DNA from: an uncultured Gemmatimonadales bacterium | GTDB lineage: Bacteria; Gemmatimonadota; Gemmatimonadetes; Gemmatimonadales; GWC2-71-9 | Assembly (NCBI GenBank): GCA_963825055.1 | Contig: CAWGSK010000013.1 | Span: 160,001-224,000 of the forward strand | Direction: 5' to 3' | DNA: 64,000 nucleotides | Part shown: piece after piece, positions 50,915-60,723 of the stretch | Numbering within the stretch: position 1 is the first letter of the stretch | Layout: each line of letters starts with the position of its first letter | The notes under the pieces: model-generated | The model's input: the letters and a program-made list of their open reading frames with translations, nothing else | Told to the model about the DNA's origin: nothing | Database searches by the model: none | Made by a program: the position numbers and the translations under genes

Positions 50915-52613
50915 GGCCGGCACCCTGCGTAGGAAAGAGCGCGGCCAGTCCCCCGCTCTTGCCGGGATACTCCATGCGCGAGTGATAGATGCCCGTCATG
51001 TGGCGGACGAACTCTTCCTTTACCTGGTCCAGGTCGCTCAGCGTGAGCGGTGCCTCCTTGAGCTGGCCGAGCTCGACCTTCTGCTGGATCAGGTACTCGA
51101 TGGCGCTGCGGATACGCTCCGGGGTCGGCTCGCCGAGGACGCGGAGCGCAGCCTCCGCGGAGTCGGCGAGCATGGTGACTGCCGTCTCCACCGACCTCGG
51201 CCGGGGACCCGGGTAGCGGTAGTCGTCCATTTCCGCGTCCTGGTACGTGCCGTCCAGCCGGGCGCGGTCCCGGAAGTAGTCGAGGTGCATGGTGCCGTGG
51301 TGCTCCGGGATGAACGCCAGCACTACCGGCGGCAGCCCGGCTTCGCGACCGAGCCGGAGCCCCTCGGTCACGTGGCTGCGGACCAGCCGGGCGGAGTCCT
51401 GCGCGCGCATCTCGTCATGCGGATTGATCCGGCGCACCTGGTTCTCGGCGAAATACTTTGGCCCGACCAGCTTGCCGATATCGTGGTAGTAGCAGCCGAT
51501 CCGCGCGAGGAGCCCGTTGGCCCCGATGGCGTTGCACGCCTGCTCGCAGAGGTTCGCCATGGCGACGCTGTGCGCGTAGGTCCCGGGCGCCTCGGTGGCG
51601 AGCCGGCGGAGGATCGGCCGGCTCGGGTCGGCCAGCTCGAGCAGCGTGATATCGGTCGTGATGCCCGTGACCCACTCGGCCACCGGAATCAGCATCATGG
51701 CGACCGCCGCGCTCAGCACCGTCGCCACCGCGCCCCGCACCATGCTCTCGACCATGAACGCCGGCGGCCAGGCGTACATCAGCCCCAGCGTCACGGCCGC
51801 GAGCGCGTAGGCCGCCGCGATGGCCCCGATGGTGGGATAGATCTGCGTCCGCCGGCGCACGGTCCGGGTCGCCAGGGCCGCCATGACGCCACTCGCCAGC
51901 CCGAAGAAGAGAGCGTGGTTCTCGAGCGCGCCTGCCTGGAGACCGAGGAGCACCGCGAGGGTCGTGGCGGCGATCTGCCCCAGCCGGCCGCTGTAGAGGA
52001 CAGTGACCAGGATGGCGGCGAAGGCGGTGGGCATCAGCTCCGGGCTGTCGGGCACCAGCCGCTCGGCCATGCCGAAGAGCGCGATGACCACCGCGAAGAC
52101 GACCGTGAAGAAGAGCACCTGGCGAAGGCTGGCGTACGCCTCCCAGCGGTACAGCAGGAGGAGGAGCCAGAAGATGCTCAGCAGGATGGCGTTGAACAGG
52201 ACCGGCGCGACCTTTGTCCGCAGGAACGACTCCGCCGGCGGCAACCGCTCGAGCTCCGCGCGAAGCGCCCGGAGCTTCGCCGCTGCCTCGGCAGTCACCG
52301 GCTCATGGGCAGCGACAATCCGGTCCCCGGACGTGATGTCCACCTCGATGGAATCCGTCGCTGCCGCCACCGAATCGTCGGTCACCGGGATGGTCACCGT
52401 GCGCGTGAAGGGGGCCACGATGTCCCGTTCGGCGATGGTACCCTCGGGGGGGACCGGGACCTCCAGCGTATTGCGATGGGGGAAGAACAGGTTCGTGAGC
52501 AGCGCGAGCGCGACGAGACCGCTCCAGCGCAGCACGTGGAAGGCGACCCGCGAGAGGAACGGGCGCCGCGCCAGCGCCCGCGGGCGCGCCGGATGCCACG
52601 GCGCCCACTTCAA
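50907..52613 (-). CDS. 7TM-HDIG phosphohydrolase (PgpH-like)
   Basis: Multiple TM segments; EAPGTYAHS, YYHDIGK, FAENQ, EHHGT, MLADSAEAA; phoH-HD-ybeY synteny. Confidence 0.9.
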   Translation of the reverse strand: MKWAPWHPARPRALARRPFLSRVAFHVLRWSGLVALALLTNLFFPHRNTLEVPVPPEGTIAERDIVAPFTRTVTIPVTDDSVAAATDSIEVDITSGDRIVAAHEPVTAEAAAKLRALRAELERLPPAESFLRTKVAPVLFNAILLSIFWLLLLLYRWEAYASLRQVLFFTVVFAVVIALFGMAERLVPDSPELMPTAFAAILVTVLYSGRLGQIAATTLAVLLGLQAGALENHALFFGLASGVMAALATRTVRRRTQIYPTIGAIAAAYALAAVTLGLMYAWPPAFMVESMVRGAVATVLSAAVAMMLIPVAEWVTGITTDITLLELADPSRPILRRLATEAPGTYAHSVAMANLCEQACNAIGANGLLARIGCYYHDIGKLVGPKYFAENQVRRINPHDEMRAQDSARLVRSHVTEGLRLGREAGLPPVVLAFIPEHHGTMHLDYFRDRARLDGTYQDAEMDDYRYPGPRPRSVETAVTMLADSAEAALRVLGEPTPERIRSAIEYLIQQKVELGQLKEAPLTLSDLDQVKEEFVRHMTGIYHSRMEYPGKSGGLAALFPTQGAGRE

Positions 52614-53560
52614 CCGCTCTGGTCCTCCGCGTAGGCGCGGATGATGTCCTTCACCAGCCGGTGCCGGATGACGTCCGCCTCGTTCAGGTAACAGAAGGCG
52701 ATCCCGTCGATGCCCGGCAGGATCCGCTCGACCTGGATGATCCCGGATTCCTCGCGATGTGGCAGGTCGATCTGGGTCTTGTCGCCGGTCACCACGGTCT
52801 TGCTGTTCACGCCCAGGCGCGTGAGGAACATTTTCATCTGCGCCCCGGTCGCGTTCTGCGCTTCGTCCAGGATGATGAACGCGTCGCTCAGGGTCCTCCC
52901 CCGCATGTAGGCCAGCGGGGCGATCTCGATGGTGCGGGTCTCGAGCGCCTTCTGCACCCGGTCGGCCGGCATCATGTCCTCAAGCGCGTCGTACAGCGGG
53001 CGGAGGTACGGGTCCACCTTGGCCTGCAGGTCGCCCGGCAGGAACCCGAGGGATTCGCCCGCCTCCACGGCCGGGCGGGCCAGGATGATGCGGCGCACCC
53101 GCTTCCGCGCGAGTGCTTCCACCGCCTTCGCCACGGCAAGGTAGGTCTTGCCCGTCCCGGCAGGACCGATCCCCACGACAATGTCGTTCTGGGTGATGGC
53201 ATCGAGATACTCCCGCTGGCCGGCCGTCTTCGGCGCGATCACCCGCCGCATGCCCGGCAGGACGATCTTGTACTCCGACCCTGCCGCCATGCCGCTGGCG
53301 TCACCGTCCTCGGCATAGCGCGCCACGTCCTCCGGCGCAATCGGCTCCCCCATCCGGGCAAGGTCGATCAGCCCCTGCGCCACGCCGGTGGCGCGCGCCA
53401 CCTGGGCCGCGGGCCCGGACAGGGTCAGGACATCGCCCCGTGCGCTCGCGCGGATCCCGAACGCCTTCTCCAGCTCGGCCAGGTTCGCATCGTTCACGCC
53501 GGCGAGGAGCAGCTCATCCGCTCCCTCGATCGACAGCCGATGCTGGGTTTCGTCCGCCAT
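52610..53560 (-). CDS. phoH: PhoH family ATPase
   Basis: GPAGTGKTYLA, RPAVEAGESLGFLPG, AYMRGRTL, DEAQN. Confidence 0.96.
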   Translation of the reverse strand: MADETQHRLSIEGADELLLAGVNDANLAELEKAFGIRASARGDVLTLSGPAAQVARATGVAQGLIDLARMGEPIAPEDVARYAEDGDASGMAAGSEYKIVLPGMRRVIAPKTAGQREYLDAITQNDIVVGIGPAGTGKTYLAVAKAVEALARKRVRRIILARPAVEAGESLGFLPGDLQAKVDPYLRPLYDALEDMMPADRVQKALETRTIEIAPLAYMRGRTLSDAFIILDEAQNATGAQMKMFLTRLGVNSKTVVTGDKTQIDLPHREESGIIQVERILPGIDGIAFCYLNEADVIRHRLVKDIIRAYAEDQSG

Positions 53561-53561
53561 G

Positions 53562-55364
53562 CTACTTCTCCTCGCCCTGCAGGCGCAGGTGCAGGTCTGC
53601 CAGCTCCCGCGCCTGCACCGGCGCGGGCGCGCCTTCGTACAGGGCGCGGGCCGCCGTCGTCTTGGGAAATGCGATCACGTCACGCAGGGATGGCGCGCCC
53701 GCCAGCAGCATGACGATCCGGTCGAAGCCGAGGGCGAACCCGCCGTGCGGCGGCGCCCCCGCCCTGAGCCCTTCCATCAGGAACCCGAACCGCTGCCGCA
53801 CCGTCGCGTCATCCAGCCCAAGCAGCGCGAAAATCTTCTGCTGGACGGCCGGGTCAGTGATCCGGATCGAGCCGCTGCCGAGTTCGTTGCCGTTGTAGAC
53901 CGCGTCGTAGTGCTGCGCCCGGCAATGCCACGGATCGCTCTCCAGCCGGTCGCGGTCATCGGGGTGCGGCGCGGTGAACGGATGGTGCGCTGGAACGGGC
54001 GCACCGGTGGCCGGATCCGGCTCGAACAGCGGGAAATCCACCACCCACAGGAAGGCGTGCGCGCGGGACGGCGCGAGACCGAGTCGCGCGATGACGCCCT
54101 GCCTGACGATGTGCAGCGCCGCCGAGGTGACGGCATCGGCGCCGTTCACGGCCAGAAGCAGGCTGCCGGTTTCGGCGTCCAGCGCGTCGAGGAACGCCTG
54201 GCCTGTCGCCTTGACGCCCTGCCCTTCCCAGCCGCCAGCGCTCCGGCGCGCCCAGACCAGGCCACCCACGCCGGCGGATTTCGCCGAGGCGGCCAGCGCA
54301 TCCAGGTCTTTCCGGCTGAGCGTCGCGCCACCCTGCACCACGAACCCGCGTACCCGGCCCCCACCGTTGACGGTCTCGCGGAGGAACGGAGCCGAGTCCT
54401 CCGCTACCATCCCGGTGAGGTCACGGATTGCGAGGTCGTGGCGCAGGTCGGGCTTGTCCACGCCATAGCGTTCCATCGCCTCGGCATAGCCGAGCCGCGG
54501 GAAGGGCCGCGGGATGTCGATCCCGGCCTCGTTCCAGAGCGCCACCAGCACCGCCTCCACTGCGTCCTGCACGTCCCGCGCGGTCACGAACGAGGCCTCG
54601 AGGTCGATCTGGGTGAATTCCGGCTGGCGATCGGCGCGAAGGTCCTCGTCGCGGAAGCAACGCGCGATCTGGAAGTACCGGTCGAACCCGGCCACCATCA
54701 GGAGTTGCTTGTAGATCTGGGGCGACTGGGGCAGCGCGTAGAACTCGCCGGCATGCACCCGGCTCGGGACGAGGTAGTCGCGCGCGCCCTCGGGCGTCGG
54801 CCGGGTGAGGATGGGCGTCTCGATCTCCAGGAACCCGAGCGCGTCCATCGTCCGGCGCGCGCGCTGCAGCAGCCGATGGCGCAGGATGAAGTTCTGCTGG
54901 AGCTCCGGCCGGCGCAGGTCCAGCACGCGATGGCGGAGCCGGAGGTCCTCGGCGGGAAGTTCCTCGCCTTCCTTGCGCGAGACCGGAATCACCGGCGTCT
55001 CGGCGGGGCCCACGATCTCACACCCGGTGACCTGCACCTCCACGTCGCGCGTGGCCATGGTCTCGCGCCCGGCCTCGGGGCGCTCCGCCACCGTGCCGGT
55101 CACCAGCAGCACGTCCTCGCCACCGACGCTCGCCGCGGTCTCCAGTACGTTCGCCGGCGTCCACTTCGGGTCGAAGGACAGCTGGACGGCGCCGCTCCGG
55201 TCGCGCAGGTCCACGAAGACCAGCCCGCCGAGGTTGCGGGAACGGTGGACCCAGCCGCCGAGGCGCACCTCGGTGCCGACATGCGGGAGCCTCAGCTCGC
55301 CGCAGCCGTGCGTCCGCAGCGCGGCAGGAGGCAGGGGACGGGAAGCAGGGGTCGTGTCGGTCAT
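53562..55364 (-). CDS. aspS: aspartate--tRNA ligase
   Basis: RTHGCGEL, TPEGARDYLVPSR, CFRDEDLRADRQPEFTQID, GAPPHGG..LGFDR, AFPKT. Confidence 0.98.
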   Translation of the reverse strand: MTDTTPASRPLPPAALRTHGCGELRLPHVGTEVRLGGWVHRSRNLGGLVFVDLRDRSGAVQLSFDPKWTPANVLETAASVGGEDVLLVTGTVAERPEAGRETMATRDVEVQVTGCEIVGPAETPVIPVSRKEGEELPAEDLRLRHRVLDLRRPELQQNFILRHRLLQRARRTMDALGFLEIETPILTRPTPEGARDYLVPSRVHAGEFYALPQSPQIYKQLLMVAGFDRYFQIARCFRDEDLRADRQPEFTQIDLEASFVTARDVQDAVEAVLVALWNEAGIDIPRPFPRLGYAEAMERYGVDKPDLRHDLAIRDLTGMVAEDSAPFLRETVNGGGRVRGFVVQGGATLSRKDLDALAASAKSAGVGGLVWARRSAGGWEGQGVKATGQAFLDALDAETGSLLLAVNGADAVTSAALHIVRQGVIARLGLAPSRAHAFLWVVDFPLFEPDPATGAPVPAHHPFTAPHPDDRDRLESDPWHCRAQHYDAVYNGNELGSGSIRITDPAVQQKIFALLGLDDATVRQRFGFLMEGLRAGAPPHGGFALGFDRIVMLLAGAPSLRDVIAFPKTTAARALYEGAPAPVQARELADLHLRLQGEEK

Positions 55365-55366
55365 GC

Positions 55367-55822
55367 CTACCAAGTTTCGGCCTGGACGAGGGCGTCGTAG
55401 AATGCCGCGGGATCGGGCGCGTCGAGCAGGGCCTGCCGCACGGACTCGCGACGCACCAGCCGCACGATGCGCGACAGCGCCTTGACGTGCTGGCTCGCCG
55501 CGGTCTCCGGTCCGCTCAGCAGGAAGACGATTCGCACCGGCTCGCCGTCGATACTGTCGAACGGCACCGGCGCCGCCGTACGTCCGGCGACCACCGCCAG
55601 TTCAGGGAGCGTCGGCGAGCGGCCGTGCGGCACGGCGATCCCGAACCCGATGCCCGTGGTCAGGTCCCGCTCGCGATTCAGTACCGCGCGCTGGACGTCA
55701 TCCAGCGACCCGCCGGAGCAGGCAACGAGATGACGGCACAACACCTCGATCACTCCCGTCTTGTCGTGCGCGGGAATGGGGATGAGGATGCGGCCTGGCG
55801 CGAGCAGTTCTTTCAGCAGCAC
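55367..55822 (-). CDS. PTS IIA domain protein (PtsN-like)
   Basis: RERDLTTGIGFGIAVPHG, FDSIDGEPV, HVKALSRI; GTG start inferred. Confidence 0.9.
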   Translation of the reverse strand: MLLKELLAPGRILIPIPAHDKTGVIEVLCRHLVACSGGSLDDVQRAVLNRERDLTTGIGFGIAVPHGRSPTLPELAVVAGRTAAPVPFDSIDGEPVRIVFLLSGPETAASQHVKALSRIVRLVRRESVRQALLDAPDPAAFYDALVQAETW

Positions 55823-56036
55823 GATCCCGTCGGAGGAGGGTGAATCGGGGAAACGTAACCCGCGCGCCTCCGGGCGGCAATTGATTGCAGGAACGGGAGT
55901 TAGGGGTGCGTCGGAGGCGAGGGGCCGAGGGGTCGAGACGTCACGGGGCCAGAGGGTCGGGGGCTCGGAGCGGAGACCCTCCACCTTTCACCTTCGTGTT
56001 TCCCGTTCGCGGCCTCAACGGCCCTATCTTTCATCC

Positions 56037-57104
56037 ATGACTGCGCCTGAGAGCACCGGAGCCACCCTGCTCGACCTGACGCCGGCCGAGGCCGGCGCCC
56101 GGCTGGAGGGATGGGCGAGCGCGAGGGGCCTGCCGGGGTACCGGGTTGCCCAGATGCTGCCCCGCCTCTGGGTCCGTCCCGTGGCGTCCTGGAGTGAGGC
56201 GACCGACCTTCCCGCGGAGCTCAGGGCGGATCTCGAGACGGATCTCCCGCTGCCTCGCCTCAGGCTGGAGGTCGCCCAGGATTCGAGCGATGGCACCAGG
56301 AAGTTCCTCTGGCGCCTGCCGGACGGCGAGGCGATCGAGTCCGTCCTGATCCCGAAGGGAAAGCGCCGGACCCTCTGCATCTCCTCCCAGAGCGGGTGCG
56401 CGCTGGGGTGTGTCTTCTGTGCCACGGGGCGCATGGGCTTCCGCAGGAACCTGACCCCGTTCGAGGTCGCCGGGCAGGTGCGCGAGGTCGCGCTGGCCCA
56501 CCCCGAGGACCGGCCCACCAACGTGGTCTTCATGGGCATGGGTGAACCACTGCTCAACTGGCCGTCCGTCTCCACAGCCCTCACCATCCTGCACGACCCC
56601 GACGGGCTCGGCATCGGCGCACGGCACATCACCGTCAGCACGGTCGGCATCGTGCCCGGAATGCAGGCGCTGGCCGCGCGGCCCGAGCAGTTCCGGCTCG
56701 CCATCTCGCTCCACGCCCCCACGGACGAGGGGCGCATGGCCCTGATGCCAATCCAGAAGAAGTATGACCTGGGGCAGGTGATCGAGGCCGCGGGCGCCTT
56801 CCGCAGGCGCATCACGTTCGAGTATGTGCTCATCGCGGGGAAGAACGACAGCGACGCCGATGCCGATCGCCTGGCCGCGCTGGCGCGCCCGCTGGGTGCA
56901 ATGGTCAACCTGCTGCCGCTCCACCCCGGCGGCGACCCCGACCTCGTACCGTCGAGCGGGAACCGGATGCACGCCTTCCGCAGCCGGCTGGAACACCTGG
57001 GCGTCGAAGCGGTCGTGCGTCGGAGCCGCGGCCTGGACATTGACGCCGCGTGCGGGCAGCTCCGCGTGGCCGTGGAGGAAAAGCGCCGCCGGGCGCGGGC
57101 GTAG
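56037..57104 (+). CDS. rlmN: 23S rRNA A2503 C2-methyltransferase RlmN (radical SAM)
   Basis: CISSQSGCALGCVFCATG, FMGMGEPL, SLHAP, RGLDIDAACGQL. Confidence 0.96.
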   Translation: MTAPESTGATLLDLTPAEAGARLEGWASARGLPGYRVAQMLPRLWVRPVASWSEATDLPAELRADLETDLPLPRLRLEVAQDSSDGTRKFLWRLPDGEAIESVLIPKGKRRTLCISSQSGCALGCVFCATGRMGFRRNLTPFEVAGQVREVALAHPEDRPTNVVFMGMGEPLLNWPSVSTALTILHDPDGLGIGARHITVSTVGIVPGMQALAARPEQFRLAISLHAPTDEGRMALMPIQKKYDLGQVIEAAGAFRRRITFEYVLIAGKNDSDADADRLAALARPLGAMVNLLPLHPGGDPDLVPSSGNRMHAFRSRLEHLGVEAVVRRSRGLDIDAACGQLRVAVEEKRRRARA

Positions 57105-57109
57105 GGGCG

Positions 57110-58096
57110 TCAGTCCTGCTGGTCGACACGGTCCGGCGCATCGCCGGTCGCGAACCAGGCCTCGAGGTTGGCCGCCGCAGTCCAGCCCATCCCCTCCCGT
57201 GCCTCGCGGGTGGCGCTCCCCAGGTGGGGCAGCAGCACGACGCGCTCGAGGGCGAGCAGGTCGGGATGTACCCGTGGCTCATGCTCGTACACATCGAGGC
57301 CCGCCCCGGCGATGATGCCCTCGCGAACGGCGCGGGCAAGCGCGTCTTCATCCACCACGTCGCCCCGCGCCGTGTTGATCAGGAACGCGCCGGGCTTCAT
57401 CCGCTCGAGGCGCGGCCCATTGATCAGGTGGTGTGTTTCCGGCGTGGCGGGACAGTGCAGGGAGAGGAAGTCGGATTCCGCGAGCAGCGCATCCAGCGAG
57501 GGTGCCGGCGTTGCCCCCGCGGCACGCGCTTCGTCTTCCGGCACCGGCCTCGTGTTATGGAAGCGGACCCGCATCCCGAAGCCGTGGGAGGCGCGCCCCG
57601 CCACGGCGCGCCCGATCCGGCCCAGCCCTACAATGCCGAGCGTCCGGCCCCGGATCTCGGTGCCGACAAGATGCGTCGGGCGCCAGCCGGTCCAGCGACC
57701 GGCACGCAGTTCACGCTCCCCCTCGCCCGCCCGCCGCGCGACCATCAGGAGCAGCGTCATGGCCAGGTCGGCGGTTGCGTCGGTGAGAACGCCCGGCGTA
57801 TTCGTGACCGCCACGCCGTGCCGCCGTGCGGCATCGAGGTCGACATGATTGTAACCGACACCGAAGTTCGCCAGGATCCTGGCGCGGAGCGGCCGCGCAT
57901 CGAGCACCGCCGCGTCAATCCGGTCCGTTACGGTGCACAGGACCCCGTCGGAGCCGGCGAGGGCGGCGGAAAGCTCGTCAGCGGTGAACGGATGGTCGTC
58001 GCGATTCAGCCGGGCATCAAAGTGCTCGAGGAGCCGGGCCTCGACGGGCTCCGGCAGGCGGCGCGTCACCGTCACGACCGGTCGGGACTCGGACAT
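57110..58096 (-). CDS. D-glycerate dehydrogenase / glyoxylate reductase
   Basis: NFGVGYN, TNTPGVLT, GLGRIG, INTARG, LDVYEHEP, LPHLGSAT. Confidence 0.93.
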   Translation of the reverse strand: MSESRPVVTVTRRLPEPVEARLLEHFDARLNRDDHPFTADELSAALAGSDGVLCTVTDRIDAAVLDARPLRARILANFGVGYNHVDLDAARRHGVAVTNTPGVLTDATADLAMTLLLMVARRAGEGERELRAGRWTGWRPTHLVGTEIRGRTLGIVGLGRIGRAVAGRASHGFGMRVRFHNTRPVPEDEARAAGATPAPSLDALLAESDFLSLHCPATPETHHLINGPRLERMKPGAFLINTARGDVVDEDALARAVREGIIAGAGLDVYEHEPRVHPDLLALERVVLLPHLGSATREAREGMGWTAAANLEAWFATGDAPDRVDQQD

Positions 58097-58118
58097 GGCA
58101 TCTCCTGAGGCACTGGGC

Positions 58119-59363
58119 GTGAATCCTGACCCCACCCGCGAAACGCTGGAGTCGCTCTACCGCGCGGCCATCGCGGCGGCGGACCCTGCGAAGGCGGTGA
58201 CCCGCGCAGTCCAGGGGTGGGCTCCAGGGGGACCGCTGGTCATCATCGCGATGGGCAAGGCCGCGCCGGCCATGGCCCGGGCCGCGATCACGCACTTCGG
58301 CGCATCCCTGCATGGCGGACTCATCATAGCACCGCACGGGGCGGAGCAGGTTCCGGGCATCACCACCGTCGCCGGCGACCATCCGATCCCCGGTCCCGGA
58401 AGCCGCGCTGCGGCAGAGGCGCTGGGCCGCATGCTGGTCGGGCTTGACCGCAGGCACCGCGTGCTCGTCCTGCTCTCCGGCGGCGCCAGCAGCCTTGCAG
58501 GCGCGCCGACGGCAGGCCTGTCCGACAACGACTATCAGCAGCTGGTCCGGCACCTTCTCGGTTCCGGCCTGGACATCCATGCCGTCAACGCCGTACGCAA
58601 GGCGTTCTCCCGCTGGGGCGGGGGCCGCCTGACCCGGGCACTCGGACCGGCACCGGTACGGGCACTCGCTGTCTCCGACGTACCGGGAAATCTCGCCGGC
58701 TCCATCGGCTCTGGCCCGTTGACGCCCGATCCGGACGCCATCGACCGGGTCCGGAGCTATCTCGGCAGCGCCGACCTGCCGGCCGGCCTGCGCGAGCGCC
58801 TCCGAGGCGCGCTCGATGCCGACCCGCTGCCGATGCACATCCCCGACATCGCCGTCGAGATTGTCGCCGACAACCGCACGGCGCTCGAAGGTGCCCGCCG
58901 CGAGGCGGAGGCGCGCGGGCTGGCCGTGGAGGTCGACAGCGAGGTGCTTGCCGGCGAGGCGGCAAGCCAGGGGGAGAAGATCGGGCTCGCGAGCCGGGCG
59001 CAGCCACCGGGAACCGCCAGGATCCGGGGCGGCGAGACCACCGTGACCCTGGGCGGCGGGCATGGGGCGGGCGGACGGAACCAGGAACTTGCGCTCGCGG
59101 CGGCCGGTGCGCTCGAGGGCATCATGGGGCCGGTCCTGCTGGCTGCCGGCACCGACGGACGCGACGGCCCGACGGACGCCGCCGGGGCCATCGTGGACGG
59201 CACGACCTGGCGCCGCATCCGGGAGGCCGGACGAAATCCGGCGCGGGACCTGGCGCAACACGACAGCCACCTGTCGCTGGACGCGGCCGGCGCACTCCTC
59301 CGGCCGGGACCGACCGGCACGAACGTCATGGACCTCGTGATCGCGATGGGCGCAACGGCCTAG
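58119..59363 (+). CDS. glycerate 2-kinase (DUF4147/MOFRL, TtuD-like)
   Basis: GKAA, GDHPIP, LLSGGASSL, SDVPG, GGETTV, GGRNQE, GTDGRDG, GPTGTNVMD; start ambiguous (ATG 58095 or GTG 58119). Confidence 0.92.
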   Translation: MNPDPTRETLESLYRAAIAAADPAKAVTRAVQGWAPGGPLVIIAMGKAAPAMARAAITHFGASLHGGLIIAPHGAEQVPGITTVAGDHPIPGPGSRAAAEALGRMLVGLDRRHRVLVLLSGGASSLAGAPTAGLSDNDYQQLVRHLLGSGLDIHAVNAVRKAFSRWGGGRLTRALGPAPVRALAVSDVPGNLAGSIGSGPLTPDPDAIDRVRSYLGSADLPAGLRERLRGALDADPLPMHIPDIAVEIVADNRTALEGARREAEARGLAVEVDSEVLAGEAASQGEKIGLASRAQPPGTARIRGGETTVTLGGGHGAGGRNQELALAAAGALEGIMGPVLLAAGTDGRDGPTDAAGAIVDGTTWRRIREAGRNPARDLAQHDSHLSLDAAGALLRPGPTGTNVMDLVIAMGATA

Positions 59364-59788
59364 GGATGAAGCGGGTGCGTGGACTGGAAGTCGTCTCCAA
59401 GGATCACCGTGACGTCGACCCGGAGAAGCGTGTCCGTCTCCACCGCCACCCTCCCCTGACCCAGGATCCCGGCCACACGCTCGCCGGTGGCGGTGTCACC
59501 GCGCCGGACGAGCACGGTCGTGGAGTCCCGCCGGTTTTCTCCCGACGCATTCCCGAACCCGACCACGTCGAGTCCCGCCCGGCGCAGTTCCCGGGTTGCG
59601 TCGCGCGCGAGCCCGGCACGCGGGGTCGCGTTCAGGACCTCGACGATGATTCGGTCCGTGCCGCTGGGAATGTCGTAGGCATGCCCCTCGACGCGGTCGC
59701 GCCGGGAGCGGAAGGCAAGCGCCAGGGCTGTCACCAGCAGCGCCCCGGCGAGGGCGATCAGCCCGAGGCGCCAGGTGCGGGTTCGCAC
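59360..59788 (-). CDS. LytR C-terminal domain protein
   Basis: TM anchor; VEVLNAT..AGLA, GNA, DVTVILGDDF. Confidence 0.88.
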   Translation of the reverse strand: MRTRTWRLGLIALAGALLVTALALAFRSRRDRVEGHAYDIPSGTDRIIVEVLNATPRAGLARDATRELRRAGLDVVGFGNASGENRRDSTTVLVRRGDTATGERVAGILGQGRVAVETDTLLRVDVTVILGDDFQSTHPLHP

Positions 59789-60345
59789 AGACTGTTCCAG
59801 AACCTGACGGTCGGCTCAGGCAGCGGCCAGCGCGACCTGATCATATAACCGATACGTGCCCGGGCCACCTCACGCAGGACGCCGCCCACGTCCTTCGGGA
59901 AGCGCTCCGCCCATTCGGCGCGCTGCTCACGATCGAAAGTTCGACCCGGCTCCAGGAAGTCCGCGCAATACAGCACACGACCGACCATGTCCCACTCCGC
60001 CAGCCCGATCGAGTGGTACCGGACGGCGTCCAGCACTCCGCGGTCGGTCTCCCCTTCCCCTTTCGCGCGCGCGGCACTGGCCGGGCCGTGCCTGAGCTCT
60101 ACCGGGCCCGTCATGGACGGGGCCCAGCGCACGAGCTCCTCCTCGGTGGCATCGCGAAGCGCGTCATGCAGCCAGACGGCGCGAAGCCAGCGATTGCGCT
60201 CGGAGTCCGGGACGCCCATCTCTTCCACCCAGTGCGCCACCAGTTCGGCCACCCGGCCCACGTGCTCCATCCGCTCCGGGGACATGATGGCCCACGTCGG
60301 AAGCGTGGGCCGCAGTTGCGGTGGTGTGGGGCGGGAGGCGGTCAC
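59758..60345 (-). CDS. HD domain hydrolase, YqeK-like
   Basis: R.EH..RVA, LHD, HGPASA, AVRYHSIG, LYCADFLEPGR. Confidence 0.85.
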   Translation of the reverse strand: MTASRPTPPQLRPTLPTWAIMSPERMEHVGRVAELVAHWVEEMGVPDSERNRWLRAVWLHDALRDATEEELVRWAPSMTGPVELRHGPASAARAKGEGETDRGVLDAVRYHSIGLAEWDMVGRVLYCADFLEPGRTFDREQRAEWAERFPKDVGGVLREVARARIGYMIRSRWPLPEPTVRFWNSLCEPAPGASG

Positions 60346-60351
60346 CCTGGG

Positions 60352-60723
60352 TCAGCGCTCGGCGCGGAGGGGCGGGCGGATGACGCGGTTGTCAGCATCA
60401 ACGAAGACGACGGCAGGCGCGTGCTCCTGCGCCTCGGCCTCGGTGTAGTCGCCGTAGCTGATCGCAATGATCAGGTCCCCCGGCACGCCGAGGCGCGCGG
60501 CGGCGCCGTTGAGCTGGATGGTGCCCGACCCGCGGGGGCCGGGAATGACATAGGTCGAGAAACGCTGGCCGTTGTTGATGTTCACGACCTGGACCTCCTC
60601 ATGGTGCAGGAGGTCCGCGGCGTCCAGGAGATCCTGGTCCACCGTCAGCGATCCCTCATAGTGCAGGTCGGCCGACGTGATCGTCGCCCGGTGAATCTTT
60701 GATTTCATCAGCCGTCGAAGCAT
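60352..60723 (-). CDS. panD: aspartate 1-decarboxylase
   Basis: MKSKIHRAT...YEGSLTVD...NGAAAR. Confidence 0.97.
   Translation of the reverse strand: MLRRLMKSKIHRATITSADLHYEGSLTVDQDLLDAADLLHHEEVQVVNINNGQRFSTYVIPGPRGSGTIQLNGAAARLGVPGDLIIAISYGDYTEAEAQEHAPAVVFVDADNRVIRPPLRAER

Noticed and set aside
55885..55995. G-rich, roughly 7-periodic tract between the ptsN-like gene and rlmN
   Set aside because: Too degenerate to define a unit or an inverted arm; may be a decayed member of the repeat family.
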